Shown one piece after another: positions 16,576 to 24,063 of a stretch of 62,498 nt of DNA. The first letter of the stretch is position 1, and each line of letters starts with the position of its first letter. A program made the position numbers and the translations under genes. The notes below the pieces were generated by a model, which was not told where the DNA came from, did not search any database, and worked only from the letters and a program-made list of their open reading frames with translations. The DNA comes from an uncultured Gammaproteobacteria bacterium (GTDB taxonomy: Bacteria > Patescibacteriota > Patescibacteriia > UBA9934 > GWF2-40-263). Location of the stretch: NCBI GenBank assembly GCA_964359095.1, contig CAYHRJ010000001.1, positions 1 to 62,498 on the forward strand. The letters are read 5' to 3'.

Positions 16576-17146
16576 AAGAGTAGTGTCCGTATCCTCGATC
16601 TTCTTTTCCTCCACCAAAGAGAGCCATGGCGATCACCGGCAACAGAACCCAAGCGGCTCGAGCGATGTCGCTCAAAAATAATGCTCGCGTGAATTGAGAA
16701 AGGACATCCACAAGATCGGTAGGAAAAAAAGAAAGAGTCACACTAACAAGCAGTCCCACGTGAAGAAACGAAAAAATCATGACTTGCCAAAGTTTGCCCT
16801 GCGTCGCGCCATGACCAAGAGTGCGCATGAGAGCTGAATGTGAGAGAAAAAAGAATAAGAGGATGAAGATACCAAGAAACACAGTGACGCGCAACGCAAA
16901 CGCATCGTTCACAGAAATGTTCGCACTGAACTCCGACACAAACGGAATGTAATTCACGATCGCAAGCGACATATAGATCGAGACAAGAATCACGATGATG
17001 CGATCACGACCAAGCGAGATGCCGTAGATGAGAGACGCGACAATAAAAAAGATCAGGATAAAGAGATCCCAGGTTGGATTGAGCCAGTTGATGCTCTCAA
17101 GTGCCCTCTGCGCAGCAGCTTGATCGAAGATGGCGGTTTGTAGCAT
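16574..17146 (-). CDS. Integral membrane protein, unknown function
   Basis: 190 aa with 5-6 hydrophobic helices. Confidence 0.6.
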   Translation of the reverse strand: MLQTAIFDQAAAQRALESINWLNPTWDLFILIFFIVASLIYGISLGRDRIIVILVSIYMSLAIVNYIPFVSEFSANISVNDAFALRVTVFLGIFILLFFFLSHSALMRTLGHGATQGKLWQVMIFSFLHVGLLVSVTLSFFPTDLVDVLSQFTRALFLSDIARAAWVLLPVIAMALFGGGKEDRGYGHYS

Positions 17147-17178
17147 AGCCTCCTTTGTTGCTTGTCAGTATATCACGG

Positions 17179-17769
17179 TCAGACTCTCCCGTCTTTGATG
17201 TTCTTGGAGGATCCGCGAGCGAGAACACGGTCGAGGAGGTTGACATCGTCAACATTGAGCGTAGCCAACGCAATCTGCACACGACCACCAAAATCAATCT
17301 CTGTCCCATCCTGTGCAGACAATGCAACAGCTGTCGCTCGATGATGGCCTTCCAAACACACGATCGCGCCAGAGTCTTCGCGCTTCAATCCAATGAACGT
17401 CGTCGATGACGGAAACTGCTTCATCATGCCGGACACTTTTTCATGGTCGCTGAAAAATGTCCGCTGTTCTGGAATAGCGACAAGATCAGCAAACGAGTGA
17501 ACGTTGGGTTTGGGCAATCGCGACTGCCAGCCCGTAAATGGACCAACCAACATGGCAGGGATGTCATGCATGGGATCGGTGAATTCGTAGATCACCCAGT
17601 CACGATCTTCTGCCTGAATCTGCGAGGCACTGAACCGTCTCCACGACTCCCAAGAATCCCAACCTTTGATCGTGGTCGCGCAATGAATCCACCCAGGATC
17701 GTTTCCCTCACGTTGTTTCCAGTCTTGGAAGACAGACTCCCAAGTAGTTGGTTTGATAAATTTCGTCAT
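17179..17769 (-). CDS. Hypothetical Trp-rich protein (196 aa)
   Basis: Start placed at the internal ATG (MTKFIKPTTWE). The upstream 112 codons of the 308-aa ORF are Cys/Arg-rich, cross a palindrome and a terminator, and look noncoding. Confidence 0.6.
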   Translation of the reverse strand: MTKFIKPTTWESVFQDWKQREGNDPGWIHCATTIKGWDSWESWRRFSASQIQAEDRDWVIYEFTDPMHDIPAMLVGPFTGWQSRLPKPNVHSFADLVAIPEQRTFFSDHEKVSGMMKQFPSSTTFIGLKREDSGAIVCLEGHHRATAVALSAQDGTEIDFGGRVQIALATLNVDDVNLLDRVLARGSSKNIKDGRV

Positions 17770-17805
17770 AGCGATGAGTGAAGGATAACAGAACGAGCCA
17801 CTCTT

Positions 17806-18170
17806 CACCAAAACAAAACCCGCCGTTGAGTGGCGGATGTTGTTTGGACCCGGGCTCGCTGAATTTACAGCTGGTGGACCACGTCGTTCGCGAACGACGT
17901 GGTGGACCCGACGGGATTTGCACGGCGAGGACAGTGAGTAGAGAGACTGATTTTTCTCAGTTTCTCTCGAACGACGCAGCCGTCCTGTTCGAACGAAGTG
18001 AGAACAACACCCGTATTGGTCGGTGCTAACTCGACTAGGGTTACCAATTACCCTCACGGGCCCATGAGCCCGGGAAAAATAAAATCCCCCAACGTCAAAG
18101 ACCAAATGGCCTTTGTATTGAGGGAGTTTATTGTTAGCACCGACACTGTGAGGGCAATGCCCTAGTCGTA
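17806..18170 (-). ncRNA. Candidate structured noncoding RNA or long cis-regulatory leader, class unresolved
   Basis: No credible ORF. A TTGACA at 18204-18199 with TCTACT/TACTGT -10 candidates lies upstream. An intrinsic terminator (ccgcc-N7-ggcgg plus a T-run) lies at 17836-17806. The region has many local hairpins and crossing long-range complementarities. Confidence 0.35.
17878..17903. repeat. Perfect 26-nt TCGCGA-centred palindrome (PE-B) inside the ncRNA candidate
   Basis: accacgtcgttcgcgaacgacgtggt. The 20-nt core is flanked by an 8-bp direct repeat, ggtggacc on the plus strand. Confidence 0.9.
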
Positions 18171-18230
18171 GCTACAGTAGACCACGTCCTAGATCATTTG
18201 TCAAAGCTGATCTGTGGAAAATTCTTCTGT

Positions 18231-18274
18231 AAAAAATAATAGCCCCGTGCCAAGCCTTGAGGTTGGGTCGGGGC
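18231..18274 (-). terminator. Intrinsic terminator after the 81-aa ORF
   Basis: gccccg...cggggc stem followed on the minus strand by TATTATTTTTT. Confidence 0.65.
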
Positions 18275-18286
18275 GAGCGAGGATGG

Positions 18287-18532
18287 CTAGAGCAGGGCGG
18301 AGAGTGGCGAACCCTTAACAGTCTCATCGAGCAAAGCGTGCCATCGAAGGGCCAGCTTCAGTCGGCGGCCGCGCTCTGCAGCTTCTGGTCCAACTGTCTC
18401 TGTGGACTCACCCACAATCACATCCTTGGTCAGGTATGCACTGAGGGCATCGAGCTCCTCGTCCGAAATATCTCCACCTGATCGAAAGTGGTCAAGCAGT
18501 CGCTCTGCGTGATCGGCACCGGTGATTTCCAT
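18287..18532 (-). CDS. Hypothetical small acidic protein (81 aa)
   Basis: GC-rich ORF with an AGGAG six nt upstream of the ATG and its own terminator. Confidence 0.55.
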   Translation of the reverse strand: MEITGADHAERLLDHFRSGGDISDEELDALSAYLTKDVIVGESTETVGPEAAERGRRLKLALRWHALLDETVKGSPLSALL

Positions 18533-18638
18533 GATGATCTCCTAGCAGGATTCAAACATATTGGATCGTAGTTGTCAATCTCAGCTCTCTCAAAATCAAA
18601 CAAAAACAGCCTTTCAGCTGCTTTCTCTGATCTAGCTT

Positions 18639-19004
18639 TTACTCAGCCATGGCGACCGACGGTGTGGAGCTAGAGAGATACGTTGGCATCTCGGACTCGA
18701 CGAAGCCGAGCATCTTCACGGAGCGGGCGACGTGATCGAGTGACTGCACTTTGCGCGCTTCGAGTTGTAAGTTTTGTTGCAAAAGAGAGAGTTCGCTGAT
18801 TTGGGTTTCTAGCTCGCGCATTTGATAGCCTTTGGTGGTCGCGGCGTTCACTTGGATAATCTGAGTGATGAGGAGCAAGCCAACGATCACAAGAGACGCG
18901 ATATTCAAACCAACGACATGCTCGCCGAGAAAAATTCCTAGACTCTTTTTTTGTGAAAAAGATTCTCCAGAATAAAGAACAGATTGTGCGGGGATCGAGT
19001 ACAT
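18639..19004 (-). CDS. FtsL-like cell-division membrane protein (single TM plus coiled coil)
   Basis: Lies directly downstream of mraZ-rsmH. Has one transmembrane segment followed by a leucine-zipper-like helix. Confidence 0.6.
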   Translation of the reverse strand: MYSIPAQSVLYSGESFSQKKSLGIFLGEHVVGLNIASLVIVGLLLITQIIQVNAATTKGYQMRELETQISELSLLQQNLQLEARKVQSLDHVARSVKMLGFVESEMPTYLSSSTPSVAMAE

Positions 19005-19032
19005 ACAGACAGTGGGGATGTCTTAGTTATGA

Positions 19033-19112
19033 AGGTAGTAGGTTTTAGGTGGTAGGTGTTAGGTTTTGGAAAATTCCGAAAACCTACAACCTAATCACTA
19101 AACCCTACAACC
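19033..19112. repeat. TAGG-rich intercistronic hairpin (PE-D)
   Basis: Exact 18-mer TAGGTTTTAGGTGGTAGG at 19039-19056. The right arm aaacctacaacctaa...ccctacaacc overlaps the 3' end of rsmH. Confidence 0.8.
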
Positions 19113-19974
19113 TTGTTTTCTCGGCAACGCGCAGTTTGGCTGAGCGAGCGCGAGGGTTCTTTCTCACCTCCTCTTGGGAAGGAGTGATCACGTGCTTGTT
19201 CACGAGGCTCAGATCGGCACGAGACTTGAGGAACCGTTTCACCAGGCGATCTTCCAGAGAATGGAAGCTGATGATGGCGATTCTCCCGCCTGGCACAAGC
19301 AGGTCGACGAAGTCTGGAAGGGCTCGCTCGAGCTCTCCGAGTTCGTCGTTCACCGTGATCCTGAGTGCTTGGAACACTCGGGTTGCACCGTGCGTTCTCC
19401 CCTGTCTTCTAAGCGCCTTTGAAAGACACTCGACAAGGGAAGCCGTCGTTTCGATCCGTGCGACTTTTCGACACTCGACGATCGCCTCTGCTGCCTGCGC
19501 AGCTTTTGGTTCCTCACCATAGAGTCGGAACACACGTGCGAGTTCCTCTTGCGACCACTCGTTCACGATCACCTCGGCGGTGAGCATTTGTGATTGGTCG
19601 AAGCGCATATCAAGCGGACCGTCGTTCACAAACGAGAATCCTCGAGTCGGATCGTCCACATGAACGGACGAGAATCCGAGATCCAGGAGAATTCCGTTCA
19701 CACGATCGAAACCGTGATGAGCGGCGTGAGTCTTTGCGTGTGAGTAACTATCGCGCACCAACACGACAGCATCACCAAACCCCGAAAGCCGCTCACGCGC
19801 AGTCTCGAGATTTTTGGCATCACGATCAATGCCGAGCAGACGGCCGCCAGGGAAGACACGCGCAAGCAATGCTTGTGCATGTCCCCCCAGCCCCACTGTG
19901 CCGTCTATCAAAAAGTCGTTCGGCTCCGGCTTGAGGTTTTCAATCACCTCGGTAAGGAGGACAGGTTGGTGCAT
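19105..19974 (-). CDS. rsmH: 16S rRNA (cytosine1402-N4)-methyltransferase
   Basis: MHQPVLLTEV...DGTVGLGGH...DLGFSS...SFHSLEDR motifs. Start set at the internal ATG at 19974. Confidence 0.9.
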   Translation of the reverse strand: MHQPVLLTEVIENLKPEPNDFLIDGTVGLGGHAQALLARVFPGGRLLGIDRDAKNLETARERLSGFGDAVVLVRDSYSHAKTHAAHHGFDRVNGILLDLGFSSVHVDDPTRGFSFVNDGPLDMRFDQSQMLTAEVIVNEWSQEELARVFRLYGEEPKAAQAAEAIVECRKVARIETTASLVECLSKALRRQGRTHGATRVFQALRITVNDELGELERALPDFVDLLVPGGRIAIISFHSLEDRLVKRFLKSRADLSLVNKHVITPSQEEVRKNPRARSAKLRVAEKTRL

Positions 19975-20068
19975 AAAAATTCCGCCCCCTGTTAGGATGC
20001 CGGGATTGAAGTGCTTCTCGTGGAAAGGTTCATTAACCACGAGACACACTCCAAACCGCGCACCCAAA

Positions 20069-20500
20069 CTACACTCCGAGCTCACCCAGTTTTTCAGCGA
20101 CCGCATCTGCGTCGCTCTCAACTTTCTTCTTGTACGCATCCCATCGCTGTTCATCCCAAATCTCGACGCGATTATAGAGGCCGGCCACGACTGTGGTCTT
20201 CTCTAAACTGGCGTACACACGAAGATACTCCGGCAACACGACGCGTCCCTGTTTATCCATTTCCACATCCATGGCACCCGCAAGCATGAGACGGGCGAAG
20301 GCGCGGCTATTGGATTGCCCCAGGGGCAAACTTGCGAGTTTCTGCGCGAGCTTACCCCACTCCTCCTTGGGGAACAGGAACAGCGACGTGTCCAGACCTC
20401 GCGTGACAACGGCCCCCTTTGCAAGGTCTTTGCGAAACTTTACTGGAATCGCAAGACGTCCTTTTTCATCGATTGTATGTTTATACTCGCCTATGAACAT
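20069..20500 (-). CDS. mraZ: Transcriptional regulator MraZ
   Basis: MFIGEYKHTIDEKGRLAIPVKFR, then a second SpoVT/AbrB-like repeat (DKQGRVVLP). Start set at the ATG at 20500. Confidence 0.9.
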   Translation of the reverse strand: MFIGEYKHTIDEKGRLAIPVKFRKDLAKGAVVTRGLDTSLFLFPKEEWGKLAQKLASLPLGQSNSRAFARLMLAGAMDVEMDKQGRVVLPEYLRVYASLEKTTVVAGLYNRVEIWDEQRWDAYKKKVESDADAVAEKLGELGV

Positions 20501-20557
20501 ACTGGGCCGCTTGGGTGGGATTAAACAAAAGTGAGCACCAATCGAGACCATGCTCGA

Positions 20558-20615
20558 TCGATCCCCACTTATCTCCACCTATCACCATTCTAAACCACTC
20601 GATGACACGGGTCAA
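20558..20615 (-). promoter_or_regulatory. mraZ (dcw) promoter with three 10-bp-phased TGGNG direct repeats (candidate MraZ operator)
   Basis: On the minus strand: TTGACC-17 nt-TAGAAT, followed directly by TGGTGATAGG TGGAGATAAG TGGGGATCGA. Confidence 0.65.
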
Positions 20616-20640
20616 CCAAACTTACCCACAGCTCACAAAC

Positions 20641-20662
20641 AAAAAAGCCCAGGACCCTGGGC
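20641..20662 (-). terminator. Intrinsic terminator after the 215-aa ORF
   Basis: gcccagg-gtc-cctgggc, then TTTTTT on the minus strand. Confidence 0.7.
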
Positions 20663-20694
20663 AATGATAACGTCCTTAAAACAGAAAAAATCTT

Positions 20695-21342
20695 TCAGCT
20701 TAATCCGTCGAAAACTCGTTTGTAAATAGACTCAATTCCCTCTTGCATGCGTTCATCACTGAGTATCTTTTCAACATGACTCATGACCAAATCAATAACT
20801 TGAGCATTCGCGCTCAACGTCATCCAAAAATCCCGGTAATGATCAAGGGTTGGTCGTTGCTGATAAAGCGTTTTCTGAATCTGACTATACGCATGCATGA
20901 TTTCAGGATCTTCATCATGCGGTCGCTTAAGAAACTGAATGTTAAGTATCATCTCCACTTTCCCGTCCATCGCCTGGTAACTTTGAATATCCTCAACGAC
21001 CTTTGCAGCGGAAATGAACTGCCATACCTGATTGCCTTGCTCTGCTTTTTCTTCAGGCCACGGAGAAAGTCCGACATAGTGCGGGTAAGCGTGATGGTCA
21101 TAGAGCAGATGCGTGGCCCAACCTTTCTCAAAATCGGAAAGTCCCACAGCAAAAGGATCATGAGGGCTGGTACCTGCGTGAGTGAGATGCCGATCGATCT
21201 TCGTCATGTATCGCGAGTCTGGATAAATCGTCCCAGCGTAGTAAGCCGCCTCATCAACGACTCCAAGACGATCCTTCAAGTCACGAGCAAAACGAACATG
21301 TGTGAGCTCCATGGCCATATCTACTTTTTTACCGTTAGCCAC
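20695..21342 (-). CDS. Hypothetical His-rich protein (possible metal-dependent hydrolase fold)
   Basis: 215-aa ORF with several conserved-looking His/Asp clusters (YPDSRY, HLTHAG, HLLYDHH). No firm family call. Confidence 0.5.
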   Translation of the reverse strand: MANGKKVDMAMELTHVRFARDLKDRLGVVDEAAYYAGTIYPDSRYMTKIDRHLTHAGTSPHDPFAVGLSDFEKGWATHLLYDHHAYPHYVGLSPWPEEKAEQGNQVWQFISAAKVVEDIQSYQAMDGKVEMILNIQFLKRPHDEDPEIMHAYSQIQKTLYQQRPTLDHYRDFWMTLSANAQVIDLVMSHVEKILSDERMQEGIESIYKRVFDGLS

Positions 21343-21911
21343 TGACCTAACTGCAAAAATTGATTATGCGCGGAAAAATAGTTTAGCCACTCCTCCATTT
21401 GCTGATCCATCATCTCCGATAACGCCTTCTTGTTCTTCGCATCGAGCATCTTGGGGACGTAGAGTCGCCAGTAGTCGGACATCATCGTTCGTTTGATTGG
21501 CCGAGGTTTCTCGGCGATCACGCCCTTCTCGATAAATGTAAACAACTTTTGCTTGCCTGCACCATAGACGTACGCGACGGTCATGCGCCATTCGCATCTT
21601 CGAGACTTTGCTCCTCGGAGCGCTCGAAGGATCCCGTCAATGCCAAGCGTCTTGAGCGAAAACTTAATATGCGTCATGGGAAACCCACCGAGCTCCTCGA
21701 TAAAAAATCCTGAGTCCTCAACCATGCAGGGCTTCTTGAATTTCTTAAACGCCTGCTTGGCCTTCTCAAGGGCAATCTCGGCAGGATCTTCCGATCGACT
21801 TTCGATCAGATCGACCTTCAACTGTTCTACACGAATTCCAAACGGCTTGAGCGTTGCTTGAGCGTTCGCTACTTTTCCAGAATTTGAAGTGACGAAAAAA
21901 ATGGTTTTCAT
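21321..21911 (-). CDS. Non-canonical purine NTP pyrophosphatase (HAM1/ITPase family)
   Basis: FVTSNSGKVANAQ...ESRSEDP...VEDSGFFIEELGGFPM matches the ITPase motif order. Confidence 0.7.
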   Translation of the reverse strand: MKTIFFVTSNSGKVANAQATLKPFGIRVEQLKVDLIESRSEDPAEIALEKAKQAFKKFKKPCMVEDSGFFIEELGGFPMTHIKFSLKTLGIDGILRALRGAKSRRCEWRMTVAYVYGAGKQKLFTFIEKGVIAEKPRPIKRTMMSDYWRLYVPKMLDAKNKKALSEMMDQQMEEWLNYFSAHNQFLQLGQWLTVKK

Positions 21912-21926
21912 ACTGTCAGCATTCTA

Positions 21927-23294
21927 TCATGTTCCAATCGACTGTTTTCCTCTCAACGTCCTGTGATACTTCACTGCAAACCTGTGCGCTTCATCACGCG
22001 CGCGCTGGAACAGTTCTTTGCCTCGTGAGATGACGCGTTGTAGATCTTGATTGTCATGATCATACACGAGTCGATCTTGCTTGCGATCAAATCCTTTTGC
22101 GATACCAATAATCGGCACTTCCACGCCAAGTTCGTCCAAAACATCCTGCACGCGATTCACCTGCGGCTCTCCTCCGTCGATGATCATGAGCTCAGGAAGC
22201 TCCCAGGCTCCCACTGCACTCCCACCCCCCTTGATCCCCCCTCCGCCTTCGCCAAGGCTTCGGCGGACAGGTCGGGCAGGGGGGAAGGCTCTTTTCAAGC
22301 GTCTTCTCATCACTTCCTCCATGCACGCCACGTCGTTGGCTCCCTTGACCGTCTTGATCTTGAATTTGCGATAGAGGTTCTTCGCGGGTTTCCCTTCCAC
22401 AAACACCACCATCGATCCCACGGCAGATGTTCCCGAGATGTTACTGATGTCGTAGCCCTCGATGCGTCCCATGAGATTGACGGTGCCGTCTGTCTCCTTC
22501 TTGGTAAACGGCAGCTCGTAATCTTCTCGAGAGATGAGCGCGATGTCTTGGATGTGCGTCAGCGCGCTCAGCCGACGAACAAGCACAGCAGCTTTCTCAA
22601 ACTGAAGTTTCTTGGCGGCGAGCGTCATCTCTTTTTTGAGCTCGCGCTCGAGCTTCGCCTTCTTCCCATCAAAAAATAAAATCAGCTGTCGAATCACATG
22701 TCGATAATCCGTTTTGCTAATCGTCCCAGTACACACTCCTGGGCATTTCCCGATCTGCGCATTGAAGCATGGACGACGCTGTCCAGGCTCACACGTGGAC
22801 CAAGGAATACCGCGACGGATCATGTCCAAGGCCATTTTCAAAGAACGACTGCTGGTATACGGACCGAAGACGCGCAAAAAATTTTTTCCGGCGGAGCCTG
22901 ATCCAGCCTTTAGGCGGGACTTTCCCAACGTGAGTTCATGTCCACGAATCAACTGCGGACGCGGATAGGGCTCGTCCGTGATCACCAGATACAAAAACGT
23001 CTTATCATCGCGGCCAAGGATATTGTACTTGGGTCGCCGCGCTTGGATCTCGTTGGCCTCCAAGACCAATGCCTCGATCACAGTTGGCGTCTGGTGATAA
23101 TCGATTCTGGCAATCTGTGCGACCATCTCACCGATTCTGTCATCGTGAGCTTTTACAAAATACGAACCCACTCGTCGTTTCAGGGACGTGGCTTTGCCAA
23201 TATAAAGCAGATGACCTGCACGATCGTAATAAAAATACACACCCGGGCCATCAGGAAGTTTACCGTTTTTCAATTTGATTTCAGCTGGAATCAT
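21927..23294 (-). CDS. uvrC: Excinuclease ABC subunit C (short form, no C-terminal (HhH)2 domain)
   Basis: GIY-YIG domain (GVYFYYDRAGHLLYIGKATSLKRRV), a UVR-like helix (QFEKAAVLVRRL) and an endonuclease domain ending AHRFAVKYHR. Start set at the ATG at 23294. Contains an in-frame PE-A copy. Confidence 0.85.
   Translation of the reverse strand: MIPAEIKLKNGKLPDGPGVYFYYDRAGHLLYIGKATSLKRRVGSYFVKAHDDRIGEMVAQIARIDYHQTPTVIEALVLEANEIQARRPKYNILGRDDKTFLYLVITDEPYPRPQLIRGHELTLGKSRLKAGSGSAGKNFLRVFGPYTSSRSLKMALDMIRRGIPWSTCEPGQRRPCFNAQIGKCPGVCTGTISKTDYRHVIRQLILFFDGKKAKLERELKKEMTLAAKKLQFEKAAVLVRRLSALTHIQDIALISREDYELPFTKKETDGTVNLMGRIEGYDISNISGTSAVGSMVVFVEGKPAKNLYRKFKIKTVKGANDVACMEEVMRRRLKRAFPPARPVRRSLGEGGGGIKGGGSAVGAWELPELMIIDGGEPQVNRVQDVLDELGVEVPIIGIAKGFDRKQDRLVYDHDNQDLQRVISRGKELFQRARDEAHRFAVKYHRTLRGKQSIGT
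22202..22290. repeat. PE-A palindromic element, diverged in-frame copy inside uvrC
   Basis: Shares cccaggctcccac...tccgccttcgccaaggcttcggcggacagg...gggcagg with 6508-6598. It is translated as RPVRRSLGEGGGGIKGGGSAVGAWE. Confidence 0.75.
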
Positions 23295-23330
23295 ACTCAA
23301 AATCCTATCATGACTCTTGCCACGTCGCTC

Positions 23331-23373
23331 GCCACGATCGTTCGCGAACGACGTGGCTCGCGAACGACGTGGC
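23331..23373. repeat. PE-B palindrome (imperfect) with tandem half-site
   Basis: gccacgatcgttcgcgaacgacgtggc followed by a second tcgcgaacgacgtggc. It lies in the divergent uvrC/cupredoxin intergenic region. Confidence 0.8.
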
Positions 23374-23410
23374 TTGCGATTCAAGAACATGCCTGCTACC
23401 CTTCCTGCAT

Positions 23411-23950
23411 ATGAAATATTTCCTTTCTTTCTTGACAGTCCTTGCGCTTGTCGGCGCCGGATGCACTGCCAAAACTGATTCACAGACATCTGCTGAAGCA
23501 AACGCGGACACACAGCAGGTCGTTGAACAAGATATCAGCGAGCCGTCGGAAGTTGACTCTGGTGATACAGACACAACAGACGGAACCGTCGATGTGGAAC
23601 TGATCACACAAGATGTAGAGACCGGATCTACGACGAATGAAAACGGCGTGCCCGTCTTCGAGGTCGTGCTCGGTGCACAAGCAGACGTAGAAGTCGACAT
23701 GGAAGCAGGAAACTTTTTCTTTGACACAAAAGAAATCAAGGTCTCACCTGGTGACCGAGTCAGCATCACCTTCACCAAGAACTCGGGGTTCCATACCTTC
23801 GTCATCGATGAGATCGACTTAAACTTCACTGTCACGGAAGGCGAAGTTCTGAACTTCACCGCACCAACGGAACCAGGATCCTATCCCATTTACTGCGACA
23901 TCGGCTCCCACCGCGCGTTTGGGATGGAAGGAATGCTGATTGTGGAATAA
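23411..23950 (+). CDS. Cupredoxin (plastocyanin/azurin-like blue copper) lipoprotein
   Basis: Lipobox LVGAGC. Copper ligands are FHTF...YCDIGSHRAFGM (His, Cys, His, Met). Confidence 0.8.
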   Translation: MKYFLSFLTVLALVGAGCTAKTDSQTSAEANADTQQVVEQDISEPSEVDSGDTDTTDGTVDVELITQDVETGSTTNENGVPVFEVVLGAQADVEVDMEAGNFFFDTKEIKVSPGDRVSITFTKNSGFHTFVIDEIDLNFTVTEGEVLNFTAPTEPGSYPIYCDIGSHRAFGMEGMLIVE

Positions 23951-23973
23951 AGATTTTGATAAAGATCATCTGT

Positions 23974-24044
23974 AATTGCGAGGTTGCAACAACCGAAGCA
24001 ATCTCTTCCGGGATTGCTTCGTCGAAGACTCCTCGCAATGACAC
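23974..24044. repeat. Solo hairpin module related to the GIY-YIG cassette ends (PE-C)
   Basis: The minus-strand sequence gtcattgcgaggagtcttcgacgaagcaatc parallels gtcatcccgaccgaggagtccaacgacgagcggagggatc at 2225-2264. The loop core is the same and the arm changes are compensatory. Confidence 0.6.
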
Positions 24045-24063
24045 AACGGGCTTTCCCGTTTTT

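Noticed and set aside
17900-17925. Plus-strand match to the tmRNA 5' region (CGACGGGATTTGC, compared with E. coli UCGACGGGAUUUGCG)
   Set aside because: It is only a 9-13-nt match. There is no GGGG acceptor start at the right spacing, no T-arm/CTCCACCA 3' end within 400 nt, no plausible tag ORF ending in hydrophobic residues, and no downstream plus-strand context. A chance match is plausible in 125 kb of two-strand sequence.
17179-18105. 308-aa ORF extending the 196-aa protein upstream through 17770-18105
   Set aside because: The extra 112 residues are Cys/Arg/Ser-rich and non-protein-like. They cross a perfect 26-nt palindrome and an intrinsic terminator. A clean internal ATG (MTKFIKP) follows the terminator.
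17806-18170. RNase P RNA assignment for the noncoding unit (CCGGGCTC-ATGGGC...GGTAATTGGTAACCC resembles the P4-P8 region)
   Set aside because: The near-universal GGAAAGUCC, GGUGAAA/GGUAAGAGC and ACAGAAcCCGGCUUA blocks are absent on both strands. The region is kept only as an unclassified ncRNA candidate.
21927-23513. N-terminal extensions of uvrC (to 23513), ftsX (to 33796), mraY (to 48691), rsmH (to 20154), mraZ (to 20578), rpmA (to 49666), murI (from 31632) and the lipoprotein gene (to 56078)
   Set aside because: The extensions run through repeats or the preceding gene. They have odd composition, and each gene has an internal ATG that restores the canonical family N-terminus.
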